Shown here one piece after another: positions 12,971 through 28,859 of a stretch of DNA of 64,000 nt. Under the pieces are notes generated by a model that did not search any database, was not told the origin of the DNA, and saw nothing but the letters and a program-made list of their open reading frames with translations. The position numbers were made by a program, and so were the translations under genes. This stretch comes from the human T2T-CHM13v2.0 reference genome, Homo sapiens: the NCBI RefSeq assembly GCF_009914755.1, contig NC_060929.1. The stretch is one strand, 5' to 3'. The first letter of the stretch is position 1. Each line of letters begins with the position of its first letter.

Positions 12971-15900
12971 AAGAAGAAATGACCAAGGGAGCTGGCCAGG
13001 GAAAAACCTACACTTAAGATTCAGCAAGGCATGTTAGACCCTGATAACCTGCAATTCCACAGCCAGGTTTCTATCCCAGAGAAACAAAATCACACGTGCA
13101 CAAGAGAGCGTATGAAAGTTCACAGCAGCATTGTCTGTCTTGGTGAAAGCCTGGGTCAGGGAGGAGCAGGCAAATAAACCATTAAACATCCACATTGTGC
13201 AATAGTTACCAATTAAGTAGATCAAAGGTATTGACATGGACAGATCTTCAGAACATACAGTGGATGAGAAAAACAACATGTAGTGCAATAATAATGTATA
13301 AAACATTACTTATGAAAAAAGAAGAAAAGCCAAACAATCCTGTCACATATATATTTTAAATGATGTATGTGTAGGCATAGAGAAAATTCTGGAAAGCTAA
13401 ATCCATGCTAATTGTGATAAAGGGGAGGAGTTGGGACAAACATGAAGAGCAGAAGGGGTTAAATGGGGTTTTAGCATAGTTGTCAGGTTTTAATTTTATA
13501 AGAAAAATGTAATCATCTGTTACTTATGTGAATAAAAATTCTCAAAATATTTTTAAAAAGAAAGATTCAATGGGAAGAGGAAGCAATGGAATAGACAGGA
13601 ATACATTCCTAGACTCTAGGTAGGACACTGTTACTGGGAACACTGGGAGAAGTTTCTGGAATGCAAGGTGGAAAAAGGATCCACTGCACTCAGCAACGCT
13701 GCAGAGACAGCAGCCAGCAGGATGAGTCCTGTGAGCTCAGCTGGTTGTCAACACCTTTCACTTACAGCCACTAGCTCCTGTGTCCTTGAAAAGTCGCCAT
13801 GTCCCACCACTGCCCTTGAATGAGATGGAGACTTTCTGTTCTTTTTTGAGTTGTAAACATCCAAAAGCATTTCGTCAATTTCTTGTATTTAGACATTCCC
13901 TTCCTTTCCCAGAAATTCCACAGTGATATTCTCAGTGTTCTCTTTCCAGTCCTTCAAGCTGTGTATGAAATCTACTTCTTCCCAGTCCAGCTCCAGCAAA
14001 TACCTGCCTCCTCTCTTGTTCTCCATTCAAAAAACTTCCAATTTGAGGTCATTTTTAAGAGCATTACTGTGGTGGTGGCGGTGGTGGAGTTTATAGAATT
14101 TCTCATGGGACCCACAGCATGGATGTGGCTAACACTGACTGAGCACACAAAGGTGCAGGCACTGTGCTAACTTCATAGGAAGTATCTCGGTTAATCCTTT
14201 CAGCAACCCCAGTAGGTCAGTACTATTATAACCTCCAAGGTCTTTCTTTCACAGCTGGGACTTAGTGTGGCTGAGCGACCTAAGGAGGTAAGTGGCAGTA
14301 AGCTTGTGGTGGGTGACTCTGTGTTTGTCTCACTATGTGAGTTTGTCCTAAGTGATCAATAGGGGTGGGGACTGGACTAGAAACAAGGTCTCAGGTATGC
14401 AGGGGTGTTCAGTTTACCAAATGCCTTTATGACCATTAATTCATTTGATGTCACCACAGTGCTTTAATGACATGGGTCATTAGGGAAAATAATGAGATGA
14501 GTCAAGCTTTGTAATTCCCTTAAAGTGGTCAAGTCTGGGTTAAGGGCTTTTAGGGCACATTAACTCACTATGTCGTCTTGAGCAACTCTGCAAGGGGTGG
14601 GAGCAGAGGGGGCCCCCTTTGGCCCAGCTCTCTACAAATCATCTAGTTCCTAGCAGCCACTCCTCCTGGTCTGCAAATTCTTGGCGAGGCACCCTCCTGC
14701 TCTCCAAACCCACCCATTCCAGGCGATCCCTTAAGTGGCAGAGGAGCCAGGTTCCTGGGGTTAATAAGCAGGCTGTTTATAGCCAGCAGCAGTCACGGGA
14801 CAGCCAGCTGGAAGGTCATGCCCCTTCTGAATGTTGAGGTTTCTCATAAACATTTCCCCAGTGAGCCTTCTGGGAGATGAGGATGACTCTGGGCCCATTG
14901 CCCTTGCTGGGGCAGAGCGCCAAGGCCCCATACTCACTTTCTTCTCCTTTCTCCCGAATCTGGCTCTCTTCCTCTTTCCTCCTTCCTCTCCTACTCTGCT
15001 GTCATTCCTTCCCTTTCTTCAGTGGAAAGAGGACACGTTTCACAGTAGACACACAGGATAACTCAACCTTCTGAGCCTCAGTTTCCTCCTGCGTAAATGG
15101 GGTAATAATGGGACCTTCATCTCAGGATGTAAGGGAAAGTGCTTAGCACTGTGTTAGGCACGCACAGTGGACATTTAAAACATATTGGTCATGTCTTTCC
15201 CCCTCCACCCTATCCTTTTGCCCTAATCCTGGCCACTGCCCTGTTTTCTTTCTATTTTCCTGCTCCAGCCCTGCTCCCATTTCCACCCTGGGCACTTCCA
15301 CCCCACTGATTGTGCTGCTGCTGCCTGGGAGGGTAGACGAAGAAGCCAGGCTTCATTCAGAGGAGGGCTGACCACCGCAGGGCCCGCCTGGCCTTGGCAC
15401 TTCCCCATGAGACCGCACCCTAGGCCTCTCTGCTTTTAGTAAATAGCCCATGGGAACAGGGGGTGGAGGGAGGATGTAGAATGGGAGAGGCCAAGACATT
15501 TTAACCTTTGGCTTCTATTTGCCCTTAATCTGGCTCTTCCAATGGCTTAATGATCAGAGATCATTGTGTAAATTGCTGTGTGACTTTGGGCAAGTCCCCT
15601 TCACTCTCTGAGCTTCAGTGAAGTGTGGGAAGGAAGTGAAGAGCAGAAGTTGGGTAGAAGTGCAGGTCCTGGAACCAGACCATCTCCACCACTTGCTAGC
15701 TTGGAGTACATAACTCCTCTGTGCCTCAGTTTCCTCAACTATAAAATGCAATTTATAGTATACCTAATTTATAAAAGCACTTTTAAAAGTGCTTAGAATA
15801 GCGCCTAGCCCATAGTTGGTACTAAATTAATCTCAGCTATTATATGCAAATGGAGAGGTAGAACAGGGGTATGTGTGCATGAGAGGAGAGCTGGACCTTC

Positions 15901-16567
15901 TCTGAGGGTATTCTAAAGTCCTGAAAACCCACATTCCTCCTTTTTGGATAAGAAGAAGACAGAACCTTGAACACAAAGTACTTCTCCCAAGGAGACCATA
16001 GGAAACTTGTCAAAGACTTTTAAAGCCAGATGGACCCCTTAGAGGTCATCTGGTCTAACTTGTCATGCTACAGTAAGAACAGGGTGGACCAGAGAGATTC
16101 GGACTTATCTGGGACCACAGAGCTTTTGACGAGTTATAGAATTGCAGGTGGTGCATTGCAGGGAAGGGAGGCACTTTAAGAGGACAGTGGGATGGGCTGC
16201 CAGAGGGCTGGTGGGATGCTAGAGGTCAGATTCCCAGGCTCCATGACCTCCAGGATTCTTAGTTCAGGCACTTACCCCATAACTAAAGCACTGATGTCAC
16301 CACCGGCATCTTTAATAATTATAACCATGTAATGAGGAGGGACTATATCCCAAGCACTGCACCAGACGCTTTCACATGCATTACTTACTCCATACAAAAT
16401 CCCCTTGGCAAATGAGGAAACACGCCTTGCCCAAGCTGCAACAATTACAAAGGGGCAGAGCTGGGCTTTGAATCCCGGTCTCTCTGATGCCAAAACCAGG
16501 GTTCTCATGCAACACTCTTTTCATGTTTCCCAGAGCCTAGTTTGAGGCTTGAGCCTCAATAAATAAG

Positions 16568-16634
16568 GATCTTGTATTTGTCTCACTGGGCTGGCCAAGC
16601 AGATCTTGTATTTGTCTGACTGGGCTGGCCAAGC
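16568..16634. repeat. 34-bp tandem duplication
   Basis: GATCTTGTATTTGTCTSACTGGGCTGGCCAAGC twice, 1 mismatch. Confidence 0.9.
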
Positions 16635-18280
16635 GATAACACTAATGAATCAGCCTGGGTCCCAGTCACCTTTCCAGCCCTTTCCACCCTGACCCACAAG
16701 CCATGATGAGAGACCAGACCCTGTGTAGGAAATCTTTCTTCCAGGGGCCCTGCCTCTGTGTTATCTGTCCCCACTGTCAATGGGAGAAGCAGTGGCTGCT
16801 TTCGGAACAGGCAGGGGAGGAGGGCTTAGAGCCTGGGGTGACGCTTCTGGCTGCTGGGCCTGACCTCCCCAGACTTTAGCCAGGGCCCTGACTTGAATGG
16901 GAGGAGCATGAACAAACAGAAAGTTGTAGGAGAAGCAAGAAACCAGGTAAGGTGAAAAAAACTTTTCCCCTCCAAAAATACGAAGTTTATAGTTGATGTG
17001 AATTTGTCAACTTAATATAGTGTAAGAAGCATAAGGTTTAATACGGTCTTCCTCGCCATGATGGCAGGAAGCACATCTGTTGTATTCACTACCACATGCT
17101 TAGTGCCCCACCCAAGGCCTGTCTAGAGTCAGTGCTCAATAAATAAACATGGAAAATGAATGAAAAAAAAAAATGGAGGGACATAAGGAAGAGCACTGAA
17201 ACATCAGTCAGAAAACCTGCATTACAGTTTTTAGCTTCATGGCTCACAGCAACCCTTGGACAAGTCACTTCGGCTCTGTAAACCTCAGTTTCTACAAGTG
17301 TAAAATAGATATCATGGCAGTTCCTACTGCACAGGGCTTTGAAATCACAGACTTCCGTAGGAGTCATGGTTCCATAACCACCTAATGTCAAGTTGAAAAT
17401 TGTATTTCTTCAGAGTGAGGCCGGCTTTAGCAATCTATGCAAGGGGTCTTGCTGAACCAGGGCCAGAGGAAGGCCAGAGGTGTGGTTCTAAGAATGAGGA
17501 TTAAACATGAGAGAGACTATAAATCTGCTTGGAGAACCGCAGCATTAGGAGGGTACAGCGGACCTGGCAGGCATGACAGATACTCTCTGCCCTGGAGAGT
17601 CTCCAGCCCTGCCCATGCAAGGTGTCAGTTAGTATCAGCGGGAGCACAGATGGGCTTAAATCAGAAGATGTTACAGATTATCTAGTCCACACTGGACAAT
17701 AGCCCAGTGAGGGGTTAAAGGCTGAGAGACAAAGACCCAGATATTCTAATTCCCAGCTCAATGCTACTCTTCCCACACCACCATCAAAGGAGGGGGACGG
17801 TGGTGAGAGGGGGTATTTGAAGAGAAACAGATTGGACAAAGGAATGAATGCCTCCATGTAGCAACAGCTTCAAAGGGGCTTCAGAATAGGAGATATCTTG
17901 TTAAAGAAGGAGGAACGAGAGGGGGAAATGGTTAAAAATAACGTCTTACATCCATGTGGATTATGTTTCCAACTATATCATGTGTAGTTATTGCATGTAA
18001 GGTACTATGGTGGAGAGTTACTGATGGGGCATCAGAAAGCCCATTTCATTACCCAGCTCTGCCATGTACAAGCTCTGCGACCTCGGGCAAATCCTCTCTC
18101 TGATCCTCAAATTTTCATGTGAAGCATGAAGCAATAGTGCCTACCCCATAGACCTATCCTGGGGACCAGGTTAGGAAAGGGAAGTGGAGGGAGGTTGTAT
18201 CCTCTCTAAAATGCTCTGCAAATGGGCAACATGGCAAAGCGGTCACAAGCAAGCGTGTGAGGTAGACCGTCACTTAGCCT

Positions 18281-18583
<303 letters not shown>

Positions 18584-19214
18584 CCACTTAGCCTTTCTAC
18601 GACTTTGTATCCTCATCTGTAAAATGGATGTGGTGGGAATCAAATATAATGCATTTGCAGCCTTTGGCACAGTCCCTGACACATACAAAGCCTGCAACAT
18701 CCTGTTAGTTACTACCACTAGTTGGGTTTAAAGAATTTTCTCATGTAATCCTCACAATAATCCTATGAGGTAGGATTATTATTATTCTCATATTGCAGAT
18801 GGGGAAACCAAGACCTAAAAAGAATTGCTTACCCAAATCAATAGCTAATTAGTAGACAGCAAAGCCAACTAGAACCCAGATGCCCTATCAGATCAGGCAG
18901 GCAAAGATCAGAATTAGTGAGTAGGGCAGGCAGCAGCGGGAATGTCTGTGGAGTCCAGACAATAATGCAGCCACAAAGCCAGAGTTCTGGTAGCTGCAGA
19001 GGCATTTCCAACTTTAAACTCTGGTCAGTCTGGAGCTCAGTCAGAACAAACCTTGTTTCATCTTTGATTTAAGGAGCTGAGAAAAATAAGCTCTGGAAAG
19101 AGAAGAGGGGACCCTGTGTTCCAGCATCATCTGCGTTATTTATTCACTAGGCTGATTGCTTCTCCTCTCTGGGCCTCAGTTTCCCCAGCTGTATATGAAA
19201 GGTTGAACTAGATT

Positions 19215-19382
19215 AATGCTTCTCAAACTTGAATGAGGTTCTGAGTCACCTGATGATCTTGTTTGAATGTAGATTCTGATTCTCAGTAGGTCTGGGAAAA
19301 AGCCTGAGATTCTGAATGTCTGACGAGCTCCCAGGCCATGCCAGTGCTGCAGAGCTAAGGATCACTCTCTGAGGAGCAAGGA
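19215..19382. mobile_element. MER5-like hAT DNA transposon fossil
   Basis: TGCTTCTCAAACTT...AGATTCTGATTC..AGTAGGTCTGGG...CCTGAGATTCTG. Confidence 0.65.
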
Positions 19383-20540
19383 ACTAGATCAGCTTGAAGG
19401 ACATTTCTGGTATGATAATGCCTATGAGAGCAATACACCAAAGACTGAGAAGTCGAGCAAAAACAAATTCTGCCCAAAGTGCCTTACAGTATTTGGGGGT
19501 CCAGTGTGAGGGCCAGGCTATTTCCCATGGACCACAGACCCCTTTAAAAAGGGGCTTGATATCCAGCACTCAGTGAGGCATTCAGCTGCAGGGCCAGCTC
19601 TCCAGACTCTTCTTCCCAGCCCATCTCCCACCCTCACCTGCACTTCACCTCCTAAAGGGAAGAGACAAAATTTTCTAAGCCATTTCCCTCCCCTATCAGG
19701 GCTGGGGAGGGAGCGGCTTGTTCCTAATGAAGACAAAGGACAAGGCTTAAGGGACACTTGAGAATCTTTTTCTGTCCTTCCTTTTCCTCATTCATTCATT
19801 CATTCTTCATTATTCAACTATTTATTGAGTACTCTCTACGTGCCTGGTATTCTCCTAGGGGCTGAGGTTACAGCAGAGAAAATAAGACAGATGTGGCCTC
19901 TGACCTCATGTTGCTTACATTCTAATTGGGAGGAAAATGGGACAGGCCATAAATAGGTAGATTTTAAAAATGAATGAGATCATCTAAAATCACAAAAAGC
20001 AATAAAAGAATAATGAAACAAAGTGATGGGGTAGGGGGCTTCTTCTGTCTATTGTCCTCAAGACAAAGTCCAAGGTTGGAAAAGCTCATCTCCACCTGCC
20101 CTTGTTTGCTTCTCCAGCCTCATCTCCTGTCACTTTTTGCCTTGAACTTTCCATTCCAGCCACACAGGACATGGAGTATCAAGGCTGGAAGACGCCAACC
20201 AGCCTTTGATCCAGTGGTTCTCTCAGCCCCAATCACTCTTTCTCTTTGTCCCTACCTCTTCCTCTTTTTCCCTCTTTCTCACCCAACTAACCCCTCCTGC
20301 TCTTTCCCAGCTTACTCGCCACTCCCACTGGAAGCTGGCCCTGCTGCCACTGATCTGGGCTAGGAATCCGTCTGCGCCACCTTCCCTGATGACAGCATCC
20401 ATCACCTGTGCAGCCGTGTTAATTGGCTGTCCTTCCCCCACCAGACTGTAAGTGCCTCAAGGGCAGGAGTCCTGTCTTATTCACTCTGAATCCTGAATCC
20501 TCAGCAGTTGCTGCAATGCAAAGCACAGAGTAGGTGCTTA

Positions 20541-20929
<389 letters not shown>

Positions 20930-21925
20930 CTACAAGACATGGCTTTGGAGACAAAGAATAAATTGATAAATTGGAAGGAAAAGAATATAACAATTCCTCA
21001 GTCCTTTCTGGAGTCCACATTCTAGTGGCTTTCAGCTCTACACTGTATCAGGCCTCCTACAAGGCTTACCAGGCAGACTGGGCAGAAATTATTGACCCCC
21101 ATTCAACAGCTGGGGAAGGTCATGCCTCAGAGAGGTGAACCTACTTCAGCTGAAGTTACCCAGCCAGGTGGTGGCAAAGCATGTCCAAAGAAAGTTAGGG
21201 ACCAGAGACGTCAGATCCAACCCCTCCCTCTTGCAGGGGATGGGGTAGGGGTGGTAATCTGCAGACTCTGAACTAAGTGTTCTAGCTCATTTCAAACTCA
21301 GAATAACCATTTGAGGTAAACAGTAGCCATAGCCACAAAAAAAGTAGACACATGATTTGCCCATCATCCACCTTCCCCCTCTAACCCAATTGTCCCTGGG
21401 CAGACCGTGCAGAGTACCACCCCATTCGTCCTCAAGGACTCCCTGCCTGGGGTCAACTCATGAGAAACTGTCCACCCGCAGATTGACTGGGACAGAAAAA
21501 ACCCTAGACTTTTAATTTCCTTATTTCACAGTTGGAGACAATCCAAAGCTTCGAGAGAAGGAACTAGTCTATATAGCACATACTGAGACAGGGTCAGAAC
21601 TCCGGAGTCAGAACTTTCTGAAGTATAGCCCACAAGTCCCCTTGACATGAACCTTTTGAGTTGGGAAAGGGCTAAGAATGATGTGAACATGACCTGGCCA
21701 TTTGTTAGCTGTGGTCAGGCTGGGCGAAGAGAGGCAGCCCCTCTGGTAGTTCTACTCTAGAACTCATTAGTCCCGCCAGTCCTCAATGGTTTGTGCATTG
21801 GTAGGTAGCCCATGGGAAGTAGGATGTGGGTTGCTTACTGCTTAGTGACTGTTTATGAAGATTGTTATTGCTACTACAGCAGTATAGTCTCCCAGCTGAA
21901 CAATAACCTAGAAAGTATGGAGAGT

Positions 21926-22225
21926 GGCCGGGCGCAGTGGCTCACCCTTGTAATCCCAGCACTTTGGGAGGCCGAGGCAGGCGAATCACGAAGTCAGGAG
22001 TTCGAAACCAGCCTGGCCAACATGGTGAAACCCCGTCTCTACTAAAAATACAAAAAAATTAGCTGGGCATGGTGGTGGTGCCTATAATCCCAGCTACTCA
22101 AAGGGCTGAGGCAGGAGAATCGCTTGAACCTGGGATGCGGAGGTTGCGGTGAGCTGAGATCATGCCATTGCATTCCAGCCTGGGAGACAGTGCGAGACTT
22201 CGTCGCAAAAAAAAAAAAAAAGAAA
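21926..22225 (+). mobile_element. Alu (AluS-like)
   Basis: Full length; TSD AGAAAGTATGGAGAGT. Confidence 0.95.
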
Positions 22226-22566
22226 GAAAGTATGGAGAGTAGGTGGAGAGGGGCTAGCAGAGACATAGGTAGGGCACCTTACCACTAAGAAATAGAGCAA
22301 AGGGTAGGTGCTTTATGTTCCAGAAGCATATAGATCCAAGAGGAGGGAAGGGACATTTTGGCTGAAAGCTTGGAACTATATCTAGCATAGATAAATGTGA
22401 TTCTCATAGGTGCTTGTATTTGCTATGGGACCCTGGACCAATCATTCAGTCTCTTGAAGCCTTAGCCTCTCCCATAAGAGGGTGGAATGAGCTAGTCTCT
22501 AGGGATTCTTCTTTTTATAACTCTCCCTCTAAGTGGGCTTTGCAGGCAGAGGGAGTCATTAACTCC

Positions 22567-23215
<649 letters not shown>

Positions 23216-23259
23216 ACTCCATTTCAGGTAAGCCCAACAAACCTAGTATTTGCCAGGCC

Positions 23260-23831
23260 AGGTCCTGTTGAGGCTTAATTGAGAAATGTGTAGCAAATTG
23301 TTAGTAGTACAGGCCCGAGACCATGATCCTTAGACCGCTACACTTGGCCTGTGGTCAGCTCTTGGGAACTTCTATTTCAGAAGGATTTCCACCATTCCCC
23401 AAACTAATAAGAGTAGCTCATTATGCCTAAACTGGACAAACAATGCAGTTTCTGTTGACTGCCTAATTTTCTTCTGGGAGTTTAGAATTCTGGTATGTGC
23501 TTAGCCAAGGATGCCTATGTGACCAGCCCCTAACAAAAACCCTGGCATTGAGTCTCCAGTGAACTTCCCTGGTAAACAACATTTTACACATGCTGTTACA
23601 GTTCATTGACAAAGGAATGAAGCACATCCTGTGTGCTTAATTCAGCTGGGGGATGATTCTGGGAATCTCGTGGCTGTTTTCTTCCAGACTTTGTCCCATG
23701 CACCTTTTCCCTTTGCTGATTTTGTAACCTTGTGCTGTAATAAATCATAGTGTCAGTGTACTTATATGCTGAGTTCTGTGAGTCCTCCTAGCAAATCACT
23801 GAACCTAGAGGTGATCTGGGGACCCCCAACA
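23260..23831 (+). mobile_element. LTR, MER21-like
   Basis: GTGACCAGCCCC..AAAAACCCTGG, AATAAA at 23739, ends GGGGACCCCCAACA. Confidence 0.6.
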
Positions 23832-23901
23832 GGAGTTAAGCCTAGATTTCACAGAGTCAATCATAATCTTGTGCCAGTCCCTTAAGAGTATACAGCTGAA
23901 A

Positions 23902-24482
23902 CCAGTGCTATCCAACAGAGATATAATGTGAGTCACATGTAATTTTACATTTTCTAGTGGCTATATTTTAAAAACCAAAAAGAAACAGGCAAAACTAATT
24001 TTAAGCACATGTTTTCTTCAACCCAATATATTATTATTCTTTTATTTTTATTTTCGAGACAGAGTCTCACTCTGTCACCCAGGCTGGAGTGCAGTGGTAC
24101 AATCACCACTCACTGCAGCCTCAATCTCCTGGGCTCCAGTGATTTGCCCAGCTAATTTTGAAAATTTTTGTAGAGATGTGGTCTCACTATGTTGCCCAGG
24201 CTGGTCTCAAACTCCTGGGCTCAAGCCATCCTCTTACCTCAGCCTCCCAAAGCGCTGGGATTACAGGCGTGAGCCATTATGCTCAGCTAACCCACTATAT
24301 TAAAAATATATTTAAAATATTTCCATATGCAATTTTATTAAATTAAGATATTTTATATTCTTTTATCACACTAAGTCTTCAGAAAACACTGTGTGTTTTA
24401 TACTCACAGCACAGATCAGTTTGTACTAGCCCTACTCCAAGCGTGCAACAGCCACACACGCCCATGGCCTGCCTGCTATATT
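23902..24482. mobile_element. MER3/MER33-like DNA transposon with an inserted Alu (about 24040-24288, minus)
   Basis: CAGTGCTATCCAACAGA.ATATAATGTGAGTCACATGTAATTTTA start. Confidence 0.6.
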
Positions 24483-24520
24483 GGCTTAGAGGTTAATGGC
24501 AAGGGCTCTGGAGACAGTAT

Positions 24521-24962
24521 ATGCGGAGGCTAAAGACACTCTGTCTAGGATGCTGATTCAACCATGTTGATTTCTGATTAACTCCAGTTCCAGGAAAGCC
24601 GCTAAGGTTTTCAGTTTATCTACTCTTCCTTGTGTAAGAGCATGTCCTTAACATAAATATTCCCCTTAGGTGAAAACAAACTTAATATTCTCACACTTCA
24701 GTTGGCCTACACATCCCTTCAATAGGGAAATCGCCCCTTCCCTATGCTATATAAGCCCTGGGCTGAGGAGGGGTAATAGCTTGGGGATCCACTATCTCAC
24801 TTCACAGCCACCTAAGACTTCTGTGGCTTCTGTTTCTAAGTCCCTAATAAATGTTTCTTTCTGAGAAACTGGGTATGTCAGCTTCTTTCTTCAGCTTCTC
24901 AGCCTCCTCTGACTGGCTGGCGCGGGGGTGGGGTAGGTTTACAGAGATCTGCTCACAGCAGA
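24521..24962 (+). mobile_element. ERV1 solo LTR (MER31-like)
   Basis: TGCGGAGGCTAAAG start, TATATAAG box near 24749, AATAAA near 24846. Confidence 0.55.
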
Positions 24963-27900
24963 ATAGTATGTGTGGGTCAGAATCCCGGTTCTGTGACTTA
25001 CCAACTGCATAACCTTAAGCAAAGTTGCTTAACCTCTCTATGTATTAGTTTCTTCATTTACAAAATGGGGATAATAATGTTGGCTACCTCAAGAGGTTGC
25101 AGAGATTAATTAATCTAAGGCAGCACCTGGTATAGATAGGATATTGAGTGAATGCTGGCTGCTACTCTCTTTATGCTAAAGCTTGGCCCATGGAGATCAA
25201 CTTGTCTAACACCTCGTTCCATAAATGAGAAAACTGCAGCCCAGAGTTTGGAAGGCACTAGTTTCACAAGCAAAAACTACAGCCACCCACCTCTCCTCTT
25301 GATGAACTCCCTGTCTTCTGGCTGGCCCTGAGATCAAATTTGCCAATTATTTAGGAAATTGGCAGCTCCAGGGCCCCAGCTCGGTTCTGCAATTTCTCTC
25401 GATTGCAAAACAAGGGCTACTGTTTGAAGTTGGCACTGAAGTGACGCAGGCTGGGCCTCACTTCTGCTTCCACCTAGGCTCATCAGTTAGAGTGGCTGAT
25501 CCCATCTTTGAGTTCAGAACCTGAAATGTTTACTAACCAATAATAAGGCTGGCTTTCGTTGTTTTAACTTTTTACAATCCTTTGAGTTTATTAATTTGTG
25601 TTCTATCTTCCTTGAAGACACAGTGCATCAGCACTTTTTGTAAAACCTCTTTTTAAGTCATCTTCGGTCTCTGTTCACCTACCAAGTAGGTAAGTAGTGA
25701 GCTCCCTATAGAGGTCTCTAAAAAATAGGATGAAGAGGTTCCGAGTGCTCACTTGTCTGGAATGCGGAAGACGTGTTCTCAGACTGGAAGCAAAACTAGC
25801 TTATGATTCTTCTACAGCTTCTCCTTCCATCCCTCCCTTCCCATTTTGGCCAATGCAAATCATCTACTCTCCTCTGACAAGCCTACTCATCATAACCCGC
25901 ACGTCTTGAATCTTCCTAGAAGATGAAATCAGACCAGTCTTGCGGGCTCTACATGGTTACAACTTGCTAACTTGAAGCTCTCCTTATTCTATATGCCAAA
26001 TATTGTTTTCCTTGACATTAATTTATTTGATAGATATGTATCAAGCAACTACTATGTATTAAGCTCTGTGCTGGTGCTGGTGTCTTTTTGGATCTTATAA
26101 TTTAGTGCAGAAAATAGACAAACAAGAAATGATGATAAAGTACAACAAAGGGTCGATGTACAAAGTGTCAAATACTCTAGGAACTACAGGAAAACAAGGG
26201 AACCATCACGAAACCCCTGTCTTAAGACGTGACATTAGTGGAGATATGAAAAATGAGTAGGATAGTACCAGTTAAAGGGAGACAACCTCTGTTCCAAGCA
26301 CAGGGAACAGCAGAGATGAAACCTGGAAGTGAGGGAGAATGGCAGACTGCAAGAACGGAAAAATGTCCAGTGTAGCGGAGGCAGAGAGAATATGGAGAGT
26401 GTGGCAAAAGAGGAAGAAGCAGATGGATTTTGAGGGCACTTTCTGAAGTGCTAAGGAATTTAGACTTTAACCTGAGGGCAATCAGAAGCAGCCTGGTGGA
26501 GAACGATATATTTCAAAACATAGGGTCCTTGAAAACAAGTCAACCAAATGTATTTAAAAGGCTGCTGATGAAAAGATTGGGAAGTATTGTTTTCATTCTC
26601 ATTGTTTTCACTGTCATGCTCTTTGTGCCAATGGTTAGACCTCCTTTGAAAGCTCACTGCAGCATGAAAGCCCTTCTTAATGCCAGGGCAGGCTCCCCAA
26701 GCCTCCCCACCCCACTGTCCATGTCATCAGTTTTGTACTCCTGTTTTGTATGGCTCAGGCTTTCCTTATACTCTTAGGAATGAAAAGCCACAGACACCAC
26801 CACTGAGAGACTGTCAAAGATCCTTGTTAAACAGGTGGACAACTGAGATCAGAGAAGGAAAGTAATTTTATTACTTTCTGTAGCAATCCAGGGGTAGCAT
26901 CTCAGGTCTCTGGCTCCTTCTTGTCTCCCCTAAAGAAATAGACCACCAGGGCTGGGATTAAGGTGAGACAAGTGAGACATAGAGGGTGCAAAATGTAGAG
27001 AGATGCCCGCTGCCAGGTGCCAGCCTGCACTTGTGTGACCCTAGGTGCCTTCCCTTCCCTCACCCTGCTGGTATCTGCTGGAAACACCTTTGAGAGCAGG
27101 GACTTTGGCTTTTAGACAACTCTTTAGCATCTCTCATGGTGTTAACATGTTGCTAGGTGCCTATTTTGAGGGTCACTAGATGCCTACTGATACTAATGAA
27201 CAATGGATTTCTGACAAACTGATGTGCACACAGATGTTTATATTTTAGGGTAAATACGAACCTTAAAAGACAACAGAACAACATGGAGAGGGCCTGAGAC
27301 TGAGTCTAGAGACCTGGATTCTGGTTCCCTCCCTGCCATCAGTTGGTTATGGGAACTTGGATAAATTGCTCCTCATCTCTAGGCTTCAGGGAAATGAGGT
27401 GGTTGAATAAAACGTATTGAGCACTTACTGTGTGTCAGCCATTGTTCATATGCTCCCAGGCTTTAACTCAGCTAAAGACTTCCTGGCCTCTGTGGTTCCT
27501 TCCACTTCAACAGGCTGTGGTTTGAGGTGGGAAGACTTCGTAGAGAATGCAAAACTTGAGAGACATCTTCCAAATTCCCAGGGGGATGTTAATACCTTTA
27601 ATCATAGTAAAGGTATGGTTTCTCAAGGCATTTCTTGGTCAGAAGAAAGTTCCAGAAGGCACTTAATCCTAGGACTCACACTACCAAGGCTACAGCCAGG
27701 CCAACTGCCTCACAATAACCTTAGAACATGTCTGAAGACAGATTTTCAGCTTCTGCCCCTAGAGATTCTAATGCAGTGATTCCAAAGTGGGGTCCAGGAA
27801 TCTGTATTAAAGGCTTCCCAGTTGACTCTGGTGGTCAGAGAGATTTGAGACTGATTCCATCACATTCCCCATCTGTGAACGGGATCATACCTAGACAGCC

Positions 27901-28194
27901 CAGCCCTAGAACTGCCTGGTCTGATCCTAAGTGTTCCATGGAGATTTTGTTTTTTTAATGTAATGAATGATTAAGTCAGCAAATACTTTACATCTCTTGT
28001 GTGCTAGGCCCTGTGCCAGGTGGTGATTATGGGCCCTATTCTCAAAGGACTCCTGGTCTCCGTCTGTCACTTACTTTAGAAACAAGTCATCTAGCCAGAG
28101 CCAGAAGGGCACTGGAGATCACTAATCAATCCCATCATTACATAGCTGAGGAAACTGAGGCCCAGAGAGTAACTGCAACATGTTAAAGACTACA

Positions 28195-28546
28195 CAGGGA
28201 GCAAATTTATTTTCTGCTTCTAAGCCAGGTGGTTTGGCCACAGATAGGCCAAGAAGAATACGAACAGACAAGCCTTGCTGGGTTTCCCACTCAGTTTATT
28301 ACTATTAGACCATTCCCTTTTTCCCCACTCACATTTCTGCGCATTTCCATGGTCTTCATAGAATCTAAGCCTAAAAATAGAGTTTTCCTTGAGTCTTTGG
28401 GTCTTCATTTCTGAAGACTCTCATGTCACAGAAAACTTTAATTAAATAAATCGTTATGCTTTTCTCTTGCTAACCTTTTTCTACAGGCATGTCAGCTGTG
28501 ATCCTTATGATGGGGAGGAAAGGCACCCCACCTTCTCTGTCCCTAC
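28195..28546 (+). mobile_element. ERV1 LTR 3' part (MER34/MER39-like), about 0.5 kb upstream of GPX3
   Basis: CCTTGCTGGGTTTCCC..ATTAAATAAAT..TATGCTTTTCTCTTG..CCCTACA. Confidence 0.55.
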
Positions 28547-28859
28547 AGTCCTAATGCCCTACCCAGAATGGGGTTTTCAAAATCCCAGGACACCCACTCT
28601 TTGTTTCTTAAGCACTAAACCTATATATAGTAAATGTTTCTGGAAGTTTAACTTCAGCTCTTGCTGAAATTTTAAACCCTCAATTTCCAGAGGACCATCG
28701 CCAGGTGTTTTTAAAACCTCGATAGGAATAAGAAATGCTTCCCAGAATGGAGACTTCCATCAGTTCTAGGGAGCTATTAGCCCCCTTGCCCTGGCTGTAA
28801 TGGAGACCGCTGTGTCTGCCTCCTTTCGCACTTTGGAGCCAAAAGAGGAAGGGACCGCC

